Positions 29,840 to 39,378 of a DNA stretch of 64,000 bases are shown here, one piece after another. Numbering within the stretch: position 1 is the stretch's first letter; every line of letters starts with the position of its first letter. The notes beneath the pieces are model-generated. The model saw only the letters and a program-made list of their open reading frames with translations, did not search any database and was not told where the DNA came from. Made by a program: the position numbers and the translations under genes. The DNA lies in IMG/VR virus record IMGVR_UViG_3300044843_001063; one strand, written 5' to 3'. This DNA comes from an uncultured virus (IMG/VR IMGVR_UViG_3300044843_001063) (lineage: Duplodnaviria > Heunggongvirae > Uroviricota > Caudoviricetes).

Positions 29840-30160
29840 ATGCAAAAAATAAAGATAGATAAAGTAGGTAATAAAAAATATTATTGGAATGGTCAGCTTC
29901 TTCATCGAGAAGATGGTCCAGCGGTAGAATATACTAATGGCGGTGAAGAGTGGTATCTTCATGGCAAAAGACATCGAGAAGATGGTCCAGCGGCAGAATA
30001 TGCTAATGGAGATAAACATTGGTATCTTCATGGTCAACGCCATCGAGAAGACGGACCAGCGATAGAATGGGCTGATGGAACTAAAGAATGGTATCTTCAA
30101 GGTAAAGAATATTCAAAAAAAGAATATTACAGAAGAGTTAAGCTCAAAGCTTTATGGTAA
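29840..30160 (+). CDS. HREDGPA-repeat protein
   Basis: 3 repeats, KLKALW. Confidence 0.85.
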   Translation: MQKIKIDKVGNKKYYWNGQLLHREDGPAVEYTNGGEEWYLHGKRHREDGPAAEYANGDKHWYLHGQRHREDGPAIEWADGTKEWYLQGKEYSKKEYYRRVKLKALW

Positions 30161-30219
30161 AATAATAGCAAAATTTTATTTTAAATTTTTCGCGAAACAG
30201 TTCAGATATATAACTATAT

Positions 30220-31326
30220 ATGAATAGTTTTGAGAACTTAGTCCATATTAATCAAGAACAAGCTTTATTTTTAACTAAATTTTTTATTCGTTCTAATAAA
30301 AATATTTTCCTATTTGGCCAAAAAGGAGTCGGTAAAACACAAATTGCCATGCAAGCGGCACAAGAGTGTGATTTGAAAGTTAAATATATTAATTTAAGCG
30401 TTATTGAGCGGCCAGATTTAGCAGGATATCCTAATATCTTGTCTTCAGATGACATTGTTACTTTTAAATCTCCTTCTTTTTTACCTAGATTATTAGATAA
30501 TGTTAAGCCAGATAATGTTTTATTATTTGATGAAGTAGATAAAGCCGCTCCCGAAATAACGGCTCCTCTACTAGAAATTTTACAATCTAAATCTATTAAT
30601 GGTACGCCCATCAATGCCGCTGCGTGTATTTTAACTGGAAACTTAATTAATGAAGGAACCTATTCTAATTTAATTAGTACCGCTATCCTTGATCGAGGCG
30701 CGAAATATATCCTCTCCTTCTCTATGGAGAAATGGGTAGATTGGGCCAAAGCGAATGATGTTCATGATTTAATTTTAGGCTTTTTAAAAAGCAATCCGCA
30801 ATTTGCCTGCTCTAAAGTAGAAGATACGTGTTATGCTTCCCCATCTCCTAGAAGCTGGACTTTAGCATCAGAAGCACTATTTAAAGCACAACTATCTAAA
30901 ATAGTGGATATTGAAAGTGTTACCCAGATTGTATCTGGGTTTGTGGGCAATGAAGCGGGTCTAAGATTTAGAATCTGGTACGAACATTATCGTAAATTTG
31001 AGCCAGCTATTCATTCTTTGATAGAAGAAGGCGGTATGACTTATGATTTCAATAGTTTATTGCCGACAGAAAAAATAGTTTTTGTTATTTCTGCCTGTTA
31101 TCATGCTAAACAAAAAGTATTAAACCCCACTATTAAGAATAGATTTCTATATTTAGAAAATTTATGTAATTTCTTTTCTACTTATCAAGTAGATTCAGAA
31201 GTCCAAATGATGGGGTTATATAATTCATTTGATTTTGAAATGATTACTAAACATAAATTATATGAATGTAAGAAGTTTTTTGATGTCTTTAGTAGTCTAA
31301 ATGCCAATATTAACATTAAAAAATGA
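30220..31326 (+). CDS. MoxR-like AAA+ ATPase, paralog of 16305-17438
   Basis: GQKGVGKT, YINLSVIERPDLAGYPNI, LFDEVDKA, PSPRSW. Confidence 0.88.
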   Translation: MNSFENLVHINQEQALFLTKFFIRSNKNIFLFGQKGVGKTQIAMQAAQECDLKVKYINLSVIERPDLAGYPNILSSDDIVTFKSPSFLPRLLDNVKPDNVLLFDEVDKAAPEITAPLLEILQSKSINGTPINAAACILTGNLINEGTYSNLISTAILDRGAKYILSFSMEKWVDWAKANDVHDLILGFLKSNPQFACSKVEDTCYASPSPRSWTLASEALFKAQLSKIVDIESVTQIVSGFVGNEAGLRFRIWYEHYRKFEPAIHSLIEEGGMTYDFNSLLPTEKIVFVISACYHAKQKVLNPTIKNRFLYLENLCNFFSTYQVDSEVQMMGLYNSFDFEMITKHKLYECKKFFDVFSSLNANINIKK

Positions 31327-31336
31327 AAGTTAAAAT

Positions 31337-32308
31337 ATGTTAACAGTAACTTTAACCTGTGGAATTCCGGGTAGCGGAAAATCAACCTGGGCCAAAGAAG
31401 AAGTCAGTAAAGATCTAGATAACGTGACTAGAGTTAGTCGTGATGATTTGCGTGTCATGATGCATAATTATCATTTTTCATCTAGTAATGAAAAACTAGT
31501 TGTAGCGACGAAACTACATATAGTTCGTCAAGCTTTGCTAGCTAATAAACATGTTATTATCGATGAAACCAATTTAAATCCACGTAATTTCCAAGAAATT
31601 TGTAATTTAGTTAAATCTTTAAAGATAGATTGTCAAGTACAAGAAAAAGTATTCTTTCTCGAATTGGAAGAAGCTATTGCTAGAGATGCTCAACGTACTG
31701 GTCACTCTCATGTAGGCGAAAAAGTAATTCGCCAGTTTTGGTCCAAGTCAGGTAAAGATAATTTTAAAAATTACCAACCAAAAGTAGAAATATTCTCTCG
31801 ACAGGTAGAGCCGGTTATGCCTCCTATAGTACCTATAAATGTAAATTTGCCGCCCGCTGTGATTTGTGATTTGGATGGAACATTATCTTTATTTAATGTT
31901 AAGAAATTTGATGGCACTTCTGAGATGAGACATCCGGGAGCCCATTACCGATCACCTTATGATGCTTCTAACTGTGATGAAGATGCTGTTAATCTGCCTG
32001 TATTAACAGTCCTTAATTCGTTACATCAATTAGGAAACAAAATTATCTTTTGTTCAGGTCGAGAAGATAAATATCAGGATCCCACTGAGCGCTTTTTGAA
32101 AAAACATGTTACTTTTCCATATCAGTTGCATATGAGACAAACTGGCGATAATCGTAAAGATGCTCTTATTAAAGAAGAAATTTACCACCAGTATATTGCT
32201 CCTAATTATCGGGCCTTCTTAGTTATGGATGATCGTTCCCAAGTCATTGCTTTATGGAGAAATAAATTAGGATTGCCGACCTTTCAGGTTAATGACGGTG
32301 ATTTTTAA
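31337..32308 (+). CDS. pseT: T4 PseT-like polynucleotide 5'-kinase/3'-phosphatase
   Basis: GIPGSGKSTW, RDDLR; HAD DLDGTL, SGRE, DDR. Confidence 0.9.
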   Translation: MLTVTLTCGIPGSGKSTWAKEEVSKDLDNVTRVSRDDLRVMMHNYHFSSSNEKLVVATKLHIVRQALLANKHVIIDETNLNPRNFQEICNLVKSLKIDCQVQEKVFFLELEEAIARDAQRTGHSHVGEKVIRQFWSKSGKDNFKNYQPKVEIFSRQVEPVMPPIVPINVNLPPAVICDLDGTLSLFNVKKFDGTSEMRHPGAHYRSPYDASNCDEDAVNLPVLTVLNSLHQLGNKIIFCSGREDKYQDPTERFLKKHVTFPYQLHMRQTGDNRKDALIKEEIYHQYIAPNYRAFLVMDDRSQVIALWRNKLGLPTFQVNDGDF

Positions 32309-32333
32309 AAATACTTCGGGTTAAATTTCTAAT

Positions 32334-32361
32334 TTGACAGCCAATTTAGAAAAATTACGTT
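32334..32361 (+). promoter_or_regulatory. sigma70-type promoter followed by a GC-rich leader hairpin
   Basis: TTGACA-N16-TACGTT; GCCGGG..CCCGGC stem at about 32412-32440. Confidence 0.5.
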
Positions 32362-32467
32362 AATTTAACAGTTGGCAGACTACCACGTCCATGGCGGGCA
32401 TGGCACTTGGCGCCGGGCGAATGTTATAAGTTCTCCCGGCGTGTTTCTAACATTAGGAAGCGAAGAG

Positions 32468-32707
32468 ATGGACACGACATCAGCGATTATTTTATTGGTA
32501 GTTATTTATATTTTATATGTTCTGTTGGTTAAAGGATTATTGTGGAAAATAATTTTAGGAGTATTTGGCTGGTTAGGAATGTATTGGTATTTATCAGGTT
32601 TTCCAGCCCTTCAGAGTTATCCATTGGATAATAATACTTTTACCTGGGCCACTACTATTCCCAGTCTAATAATTTTATTAGCCATGCTTTACACGAAAGA
32701 AAACTAA
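32468..32707 (+). CDS. small membrane protein
   Basis: Likely start MDTTSAII; hydrophobic helices. Confidence 0.6.
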   Translation: MDTTSAIILLVVIYILYVLLVKGLLWKIILGVFGWLGMYWYLSGFPALQSYPLDNNTFTWATTIPSLIILLAMLYTKEN

Positions 32708-32708
32708 C

Positions 32709-33953
32709 ATGTTATTAGTTCAGCAATTTTTACGCAATAAGTCCTTTAAGCAATTACAAGAGCAACATGGAGTGTATGCTTCTTTTTCTAAAAGCGGCCA
32801 TAAATGGTCCCTCAATTATGACCAAATTGAAGCGCAAGAATCAGACTTGTTGGCTCAACAATGTCGAGGTCTGATTTTATCAGCTCACGGCAAGTCACTT
32901 GCCTCACAAGCGATAGTGACTAATAAGAAATTATCTTATGACCATCTTATTCCTGGAGAGACGCAAATTCTAGCTTATCCTATGAATAGATTTTTTAATT
33001 ATGGTCAAGGTTCTGCTGCTAATATTAATTGGAATGACCCGAATTTAGCGATTCTAGAAAAATTAGACGGCACTTTATGTATTGTCTATTGGGATCCATT
33101 TACCACACAATGGTGTGTGGCTACTCGTTCTGTTCCAGAAGCAGATTTATTAATGGATAATGGTACTTTTACTTTTCGGTCGTTATTTGAAAAAGCGATT
33201 CAAGAGACGTTAAAAGTCTCATTTGAGACTTTTACGCTATCTCTTAACAAAGATTATACTTATTGTTTTGAATTAACTACACCGTATAATAGAATTGTGG
33301 TAGCTTATCAAACTTGCCAAATAACTTTATTAGCCGTACGTAATACTATTACTTTACAAGAAGTAAATTTACACCAACTAGATGTGGGTAATTTGCCCAT
33401 AGTCAATAGTTATCAATTCTCCTCAATTAATGATTTGGTGAGCTGGGTTCATTCTAGAAATCCAATGCAACATGAAGGAATTGTCGTTAGAGATTCTCTG
33501 TTTCAGAGAATTAAAATTAAAAATGCTGATTATGTGGCTTATTCTAAGGCCAGAGATCATTTATCTGTTTCTTCTAGAAATTGTTTGCAAATCATCTTAA
33601 ATGAAAAAGATGATGATGTTATTCCTTTCTTACCCGAAGAAATAGTTAATAATCTTCAAAAGATTAAACATAATGTTAAACTTCTTATTAAAGAGTATGA
33701 TGATTGCTTTAAAAGATCAAAAGAGCAGGCGGATTTAATTAATCCAGGAGATAAGAAAACATTTGCGTTAATTGTTACTAAAAATAAACACTATTGGTCT
33801 GCTCCCTTATTTGCTATGTTTGACGGTAAAGCTTCTAATATGAGAGATTTTATCCATCAAAACAGCAAAGAAGGAACTTGGTCTGCTTCATTTTTAGATA
33901 ATTTATTAAAATTAATGGATATCTCACCTCAAGTTAGTGTATCAACTAATTAA
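32709..33953 (+). CDS. T4 Rnl1-like RNA ligase
   Basis: CRGLIL, RFFNYG, motif I EKLDGT, FEL, EGIVV, RIKIKN..Y; adjacent to Pnkp. Confidence 0.85.
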   Translation: MLLVQQFLRNKSFKQLQEQHGVYASFSKSGHKWSLNYDQIEAQESDLLAQQCRGLILSAHGKSLASQAIVTNKKLSYDHLIPGETQILAYPMNRFFNYGQGSAANINWNDPNLAILEKLDGTLCIVYWDPFTTQWCVATRSVPEADLLMDNGTFTFRSLFEKAIQETLKVSFETFTLSLNKDYTYCFELTTPYNRIVVAYQTCQITLLAVRNTITLQEVNLHQLDVGNLPIVNSYQFSSINDLVSWVHSRNPMQHEGIVVRDSLFQRIKIKNADYVAYSKARDHLSVSSRNCLQIILNEKDDDVIPFLPEEIVNNLQKIKHNVKLLIKEYDDCFKRSKEQADLINPGDKKTFALIVTKNKHYWSAPLFAMFDGKASNMRDFIHQNSKEGTWSASFLDNLLKLMDISPQVSVSTN

Positions 33954-33976
33954 ATTAAAAGATATATTAATTAGGC

Positions 33977-34711
33977 ATGCAACGATACCTATTTGAAACG
34001 GATTATAGTGAAGATTGCTTAAAGTGGTTAAAAATACGAGATGTTTTCTTTCAGAAGGTGCGGTTTAAGAAACATTCTGCACCTTCTATGGAGGATTTAG
34101 ACCAGTTACAAACTGAAATTATTCAAGATAAAAATCCCGCCTTAGCTTATTTCTTTTCCACTGAATTTAGCTATAAACCGCATTTAATGCAACAAATTGT
34201 GTTAGAAGCCAAAAACCCCAAATATTGTTTTTTATTTGCTCAAAATATTAAAAATTGCGATATAAAAGCTCTGCAAAAAATAGTTGTCGAATCTAATAAT
34301 ACTAAATATATTTGTAAATTTGCGTGTTTTGTACTAGAAGCAGAGATAAAGCCATTAGAGCAAATTATTTTGACCTCGAAAAATGTTAGATATGCTCATA
34401 TGCTACTGAAACATGTAAAAGGCACCAATATTTTAGACATTAAAAATATTATTTTGACTTCTGAAAAACCTAGATATTTATTTGAATTAGCTAAACACAC
34501 TAAAGATCCAAAAGATCTGGCTCAAATTGAAGATTTGATTATCAAAGCCAATTCTTTTACCTATATGAGGTTAATGGCGGAAAAAATTAAAGGAGCCAAT
34601 ATAGATAAATTAGAACAGGCCATTTTAGATACCCACAATATTCCAGAGATTAAAAAATTTGCTAGATATGTAAAACGGTCTAAAATGAAAAATTTTCTGA
34701 TAGTTTTATGA
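33977..34711 (+). CDS. helical-repeat hypothetical protein
   Basis: Internal ~30-aa repeats (FA..IK..DI..L...I); stop codon straddles the IS junction. Confidence 0.7.
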   Translation: MQRYLFETDYSEDCLKWLKIRDVFFQKVRFKKHSAPSMEDLDQLQTEIIQDKNPALAYFFSTEFSYKPHLMQQIVLEAKNPKYCFLFAQNIKNCDIKALQKIVVESNNTKYICKFACFVLEAEIKPLEQIILTSKNVRYAHMLLKHVKGTNILDIKNIILTSEKPRYLFELAKHTKDPKDLAQIEDLIIKANSFTYMRLMAEKIKGANIDKLEQAILDTHNIPEIKKFARYVKRSKMKNFLIVL

Positions 34712-36046
34712 TCTCCTCGCCAGAATACCCATAGCCTTGTGCTATGGGATGAATGGCGCACCTCCCTGTAACTTTCGATAAGTTTAATAGATAGTAAATT
34801 TTTACATCTTTTACTTTTTTGTGTAAAAATATGCATACTATGAAATATAGTTATGCAGAAAGTGCTTAAAGGTTATAAATATCGTATCTACCCCACTGAG
34901 GAACAAAAGAAATTTTTGTCTCAACAGTTTGGATCTGTAAGATGGATCTATAATCATTTTCTTGCAAAACGTAAAGATGATTACCTTAACAATAAAAAAA
35001 CATTAAACTATCATGATGATGCAAAAGCTCTTACTGAATTAAAATCTCAAGATGGTTATGAATGGTTATATAATATTAATTCTCAAACGCTTCAATCGGC
35101 TTTAAGAAATTTAGATTCCGCATATTTAAGATTCTTTAAAAAGCAAGCTAGATTTCCTAACTTTCATAAAAAATCTAATCGGCAGTCTATTAAAATTCCA
35201 CAGCATTTTAAAGTTGTTAGCAATTATTTGCATATTCCAAAACTTAAAACTACTATAAAAATTAAACTTCATCAAAAACTACCAGAAAATAAAGAGTGTC
35301 TTTTTATTTCTAGAAATCCTTCTGGTGAATATTATGCTGTTTTTCTTTGCGAAGTAGAAGTACAAGAACTACCAAAAAATAATATTTCTATAGGAATAGA
35401 CTTAGGTCTAAAAGATTTAGTAATTACCTCTGAAGGAGCAGTTTTTCAAAATCATAAATTCTATAGAGCTTCAGAAAAGCAGCTAAAGTTTCAACAAATA
35501 AAATTATCTCGTAAGAAAAAAGGTTCTAAAAATAGAAATAAACAACGAATCAAAATAGCTAAATTATATCAAAAAGTTTCTAATAAAAGATCAGATGAGT
35601 TACATAAGATAACTCATCAGCTAGTTAGCGAAAACCAAGTTATCATAGCCGAGAGTTTATCAGTTAAAAATATGATTAAAAATCATAAATTAGCAAAAAA
35701 CATTCAAGATGCGTCTTGGGGAGAATTGATAAGACAGATAGAATATAAATCTAAATGGTACGGTAGAACTTTTCATCAGATAGATAAATTTTTTCCAAGT
35801 AGTAAAACTTGTAATTCTTGTCAATTTGTGATTGATGTGTTACCTCTAAATATTAGAGAGTGGGATTGCCCAAAATGCAATCGGCATCATGACAGAGATT
35901 TAAATGCTGCTTTGAATATCAAAGATAAAGGTTTAAAAGACTTGGGGTTATGGAACGTAACCCCGCATCAAAAACTTAGTGAGGCGTCAGCAATAGCTGA
36001 GTCTATGACCTAAGAAGCCACTACCTTTATGGTAGTGGTAGTTCAC
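34710..36046 (+). mobile_element. non-autonomous IS200/IS605-family element
   Basis: Inserted 3' of TTAT; LE hairpin CCCATAGC-CTTGT-GCTATGGG; RE hairpin CCACTACC-TTTAT-GGTAGTGG then TTCAC. Confidence 0.88.
34853..36013 (+). CDS. tnpB: RNA-guided endonuclease TnpB
   Basis: HTH YKYRIYPT; RuvC GIDLG / AESL / DRDLNAA; zinc finger. Confidence 0.93.
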   Translation: MQKVLKGYKYRIYPTEEQKKFLSQQFGSVRWIYNHFLAKRKDDYLNNKKTLNYHDDAKALTELKSQDGYEWLYNINSQTLQSALRNLDSAYLRFFKKQARFPNFHKKSNRQSIKIPQHFKVVSNYLHIPKLKTTIKIKLHQKLPENKECLFISRNPSGEYYAVFLCEVEVQELPKNNISIGIDLGLKDLVITSEGAVFQNHKFYRASEKQLKFQQIKLSRKKKGSKNRNKQRIKIAKLYQKVSNKRSDELHKITHQLVSENQVIIAESLSVKNMIKNHKLAKNIQDASWGELIRQIEYKSKWYGRTFHQIDKFFPSSKTCNSCQFVIDVLPLNIREWDCPKCNRHHDRDLNAALNIKDKGLKDLGLWNVTPHQKLSEASAIAESMT

Positions 36047-36098
36047 AAAAATACTGTTAATATGGCATATATGTTATGCTATAACCAAAGTAGGCCGT

Positions 36099-36725
36099 AT
36101 GAAATTTGGTGGTGAGTTAGTATCTTTAGGTTTAACTATTTGTGCTATTTTCTTTCTCTTCGTCTTAACCGAACAGCCACCACACACATTCCAAGCAGAT
36201 ACTCCTACCTACCCTCAACAAGTAAATTCTCATTTCTATATTGACCGCAATTTCTCATTAGAAGAGAAACATATTATTTTAGAATCAATCCAAGATTGGA
36301 AACGGGCGACTAAAGAAATTGTTAATTACCAGCCTATTATCTTGCCAAACAATAACCCTATTAATTTTAATGACGCTCTATTCATTATAAAAATATCTCC
36401 AGATAATCCTGAAGTCTTACGTTCAGCTGATGAAAGCGATTTATTAGCCTTTTATACTAACAAGAATGGTATTCCCACTATTAATATTGTGGATGGTCGA
36501 ATACCAGCCACCGTCTTTAAAAGTGTTATCATGCATGAAATTGGTCATGCGTTAGGATTAGACCATCAATCTTCAGAACAAGACATGTACACGCTCATGT
36601 ATCCATACGCGTTCATATCTTTTGATGATATTATGATAGTTACCAGTTCTGATGTTATCACGAAAACTGATTTAACGCAATTTTGCCTTCTTTATTTGTG
36701 CGACGTTAACAATTTGTTGCCTTAA
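36099..36725 (+). CDS. matrixin-like zinc metalloprotease with N-terminal TM/signal
   Basis: HEIGHALGLDH plus Met-turn LMYP. Confidence 0.85.
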   Translation: MKFGGELVSLGLTICAIFFLFVLTEQPPHTFQADTPTYPQQVNSHFYIDRNFSLEEKHIILESIQDWKRATKEIVNYQPIILPNNNPINFNDALFIIKISPDNPEVLRSADESDLLAFYTNKNGIPTINIVDGRIPATVFKSVIMHEIGHALGLDHQSSEQDMYTLMYPYAFISFDDIMIVTSSDVITKTDLTQFCLLYLCDVNNLLP

Positions 36726-36830
36726 CAATCAGTTTCTAGTCGATATAGAAGTAGTTGCTAATATCTTAGCATTAACTTTAGATACCAAATCTAATTGGTC
36801 CAGTAGTGGAGACTAAAGAGTGTGTATTAA

Positions 36831-37175
36831 ATGATTTATACTGATAATCAGCTGGTTCATTTAGCTCAAAATAATCCTAAAGAATTAGTTAGATTATTAA
36901 ATAATCCTCATACCACGACCAAAATGTTAGTGGTAGGAATAGAAATTTTAAGTTTAGAAGTATTAGACGAATCATTAGTTTTACCCATATTGCGTTTGTT
37001 TACTAAACATATCAACGCCTCCGTTCGCGAATCTGCTTGCATAGGTATTGCTACTTTTTATGAGCGTAAAACTCTGCCCACTGATTTAGTGGATCGGTTA
37101 AAAATTATGTCTACTACTGATCCTTCTCCTAGTATTAAAGAAATTACTAAAGAAATATTAAACAATTTAGCTTGA
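36831..37175 (+). CDS. HEAT-repeat protein
   Basis: HINASVRESACIGI, DPSPSIKE. Confidence 0.6.
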   Translation: MIYTDNQLVHLAQNNPKELVRLLNNPHTTTKMLVVGIEILSLEVLDESLVLPILRLFTKHINASVRESACIGIATFYERKTLPTDLVDRLKIMSTTDPSPSIKEITKEILNNLA

Positions 37176-37181
37176 AAAATT

Positions 37182-37706
37182 ATGAAAGACCAACAACAAG
37201 ATTTATTTAACAGTATTTTTGATCCTACTGTCGATGCTATTTGTATTACTACCAATGGTCAATACACCGAAGATGGTGTAGCTGCCATGTTTGGGGGTTG
37301 TGCTGGTGTATGTGCTCGAAAATGGCCTGCAACAGCCAAAAGATTAGGCAAGTTATTACGCACGGTGCACCAAAACATTCCTTTTATTATTGGAGCTCTT
37401 AATAAAGAAGGAGAATATATTACTCCTACCAATTATTCTTTACATAATAAAGCGTTTAAGTGTCTAATTATTAGTTTTCCGACTCTCAATTTTTTAGGAG
37501 AGCTAGCAGACTTGGAATTAATTCAAACCTCAGCTGCGCAATTAAAAGAAATTGCGGATCGTTGGCAACTAAAAAATATATTAATACCACGCCCCGGATG
37601 TGGTATAGGTGGATTAGACTATTATCAACAAGTACAGCCAGTACTTTCTCAATATTTAGATGATAGATTTACAATTGTTTGCCAACCCAACGATCAATTA
37701 CTATGA
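37182..37706 (+). CDS. macro-domain-like (ADP-ribose-binding) protein
   Basis: AICITTNG, MFGGCA, SFPT, PRPGCGIGGL. Confidence 0.75.
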   Translation: MKDQQQDLFNSIFDPTVDAICITTNGQYTEDGVAAMFGGCAGVCARKWPATAKRLGKLLRTVHQNIPFIIGALNKEGEYITPTNYSLHNKAFKCLIISFPTLNFLGELADLELIQTSAAQLKEIADRWQLKNILIPRPGCGIGGLDYYQQVQPVLSQYLDDRFTIVCQPNDQLL

Positions 37707-38182
37707 TAATCAATGAATCCATTAAAAAAACACAACATAATTTAGCTAAATTACAGGCAGTAGCGGCTATTTTTCCTAATGCCAGTATCGGTAGTACTGG
37801 TCTTTTTAGCGATGCTCAAGTTAATAAGAATTATACGAATTTTAAATTCGAGAGTTACTATAATTCTTTATATGTCTTGCCATATTATGAAGTCCCCTAT
37901 ACTTTTGACGGTATCGAATATACTATAAATGTATATAGCCGTCCCCGTAGAAATCGATTAGCTAAATCAAATATTATTTTTAATAAAAACGGCGTTCTCA
38001 CCCGAGAACGAGAAATATCTTTTTGTAAGTTTAGTGTTAATTTGAAAAATAATAATTTTAAATTAGACTTATTAGAATCTTGCAAGTTAGAGGTCATGAA
38101 GTTTATTAGATCTTATCCTAATGCCAAGATAGATATGAAGCATCTAGATCCTAGATTACAGAAACTCTTAATCCTCCTATAA
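37703..38182 (+). CDS. hypothetical protein
   Basis: ATGA overlap; start MIINES. Confidence 0.6.
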   Translation: MIINESIKKTQHNLAKLQAVAAIFPNASIGSTGLFSDAQVNKNYTNFKFESYYNSLYVLPYYEVPYTFDGIEYTINVYSRPRRNRLAKSNIIFNKNGVLTREREISFCKFSVNLKNNNFKLDLLESCKLEVMKFIRSYPNAKIDMKHLDPRLQKLLILL

Positions 38183-38191
38183 GGAAAAAAA

Positions 38192-38353
38192 ATGAAAATT
38201 CTACGATGTAAACTATGTCGAGGAGAAGTTGATATTATCTCCGGAGAACTAGCTATTAACAAAAAAATTAAATGCCGAAACTGTGAATATTCCAACGAAC
38301 CAGATCCCATTAAACAAACAGAAGTTATTGTTATTCGTAAGAAATCTCAGTGA
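38192..38353 (+). CDS. small zinc-ribbon protein (not in ORF track)
   Basis: AAGGA SD; MKILRCKLCRGEVDII..KCRNCEY..RKKSQ, 53 aa. Confidence 0.7.
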   Translation: MKILRCKLCRGEVDIISGELAINKKIKCRNCEYSNEPDPIKQTEVIVIRKKSQ

Positions 38354-38357
38354 AATT

Positions 38358-38561
38358 ATGTCAAATATTGAAAATTTCAATCCATTTGAATTAATATATT
38401 CTGACACAGAAAAGATGTGGCTAGTTTTGTTAGCAGATCCTGTCAATCCAGATAATTGTGTGGTGGTTTATCGAAGTTCAAAAGTCGAAGACTGTAATCC
38501 AGTATGGGATGCACTTAATAATTTAATGCAAAAACAAGTTAATCACTTAATAAGTGATTAA
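38358..38561 (+). CDS. hypothetical protein
   Basis: Start MSNIENF. Confidence 0.5.
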   Translation: MSNIENFNPFELIYSDTEKMWLVLLADPVNPDNCVVVYRSSKVEDCNPVWDALNNLMQKQVNHLISD

Positions 38562-39348
38562 CCAAGTTTTTCTTTCTTTCTAAGAAAATACTACAATCTT
38601 TGTACAAATAACGCGCTATCTTTTTTACATTTTGATTGCCACCATATTTCAACACATAGATGGGCCGTTCAGTTTTGTTAGAAACAAATATCTTGTTTTT
38701 AGATAATCCTAACTGATTAACCAAAATAGTTTGAATCTGTGTGACAAAATCAAGATTGCCAATAATCTTGAAATGTACAAATTTGTGACCCTTACGATCT
38801 TGATCTTGAACCCAGGAACCATCACCATCAAAAAAGCCCAAGATAAAAGAATTGACAAATTTGTCATCTATCTCAGGAATACTTTCCAAGAAAGTTTTCT
38901 TGTTAATTATTCCATATTTGTTTAGAATCGGGATAATCTGGGTTACTGACATTTGCAGCTGACTATATTCGATTGGAAACTGCTTCTGGCCAATCTTGCA
39001 AATTCTGTGATATGTATTAATGGGATGATTGGCCCCCATAAATGTTCTAAATTTTTCGATATGTTCTTTATCTGAACTTTTCAAGGCTAGAGATAATGTT
39101 CTATTAGTGTGCAAACAGCCATCTGCCATTAAGAACCCTAGCCAATAAGCCTTGTCAGGAGAATCTATCTGATCAAAAACATTAACATTATAACTATATT
39201 TAGCATATTTCCTTTTAGGAAGATGAGATAAATGTCGTTGAATAGAAGAACAAGAAATATTAGTTAATTGACTAATATTTTTAATGGTTAAGCCGCTCTG
39301 ATAAAGAGAAATTAACTTTGATAAAAATTGTTGATTAATTTGAGTCAC
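38539..39348 (-). CDS. LAGLIDADG homing endonuclease with N-terminal HTH
   Basis: AYWLGFLMADGC and FILGFFDGDGS. Confidence 0.88.
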   Translation of the reverse strand: MTQINQQFLSKLISLYQSGLTIKNISQLTNISCSSIQRHLSHLPKRKYAKYSYNVNVFDQIDSPDKAYWLGFLMADGCLHTNRTLSLALKSSDKEHIEKFRTFMGANHPINTYHRICKIGQKQFPIEYSQLQMSVTQIIPILNKYGIINKKTFLESIPEIDDKFVNSFILGFFDGDGSWVQDQDRKGHKFVHFKIIGNLDFVTQIQTILVNQLGLSKNKIFVSNKTERPIYVLKYGGNQNVKKIARYLYKDCSIFLERKKNLVNHLLSD

Positions 39349-39378
39349 AACTTCAATATATCCGTATATATAAAGGAC

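Noticed and set aside
7207..30100. Minus-strand MKIP..FYxRTIFSM ORFs
   Set aside because: Antisense shadows of the HREDGPA repeats
7051..30160. Diversity-generating retroelement behind the HREDGPA variation
   Set aside because: No reverse transcriptase in the window and no template/variable repeat pair with adenine-specific differences was seen
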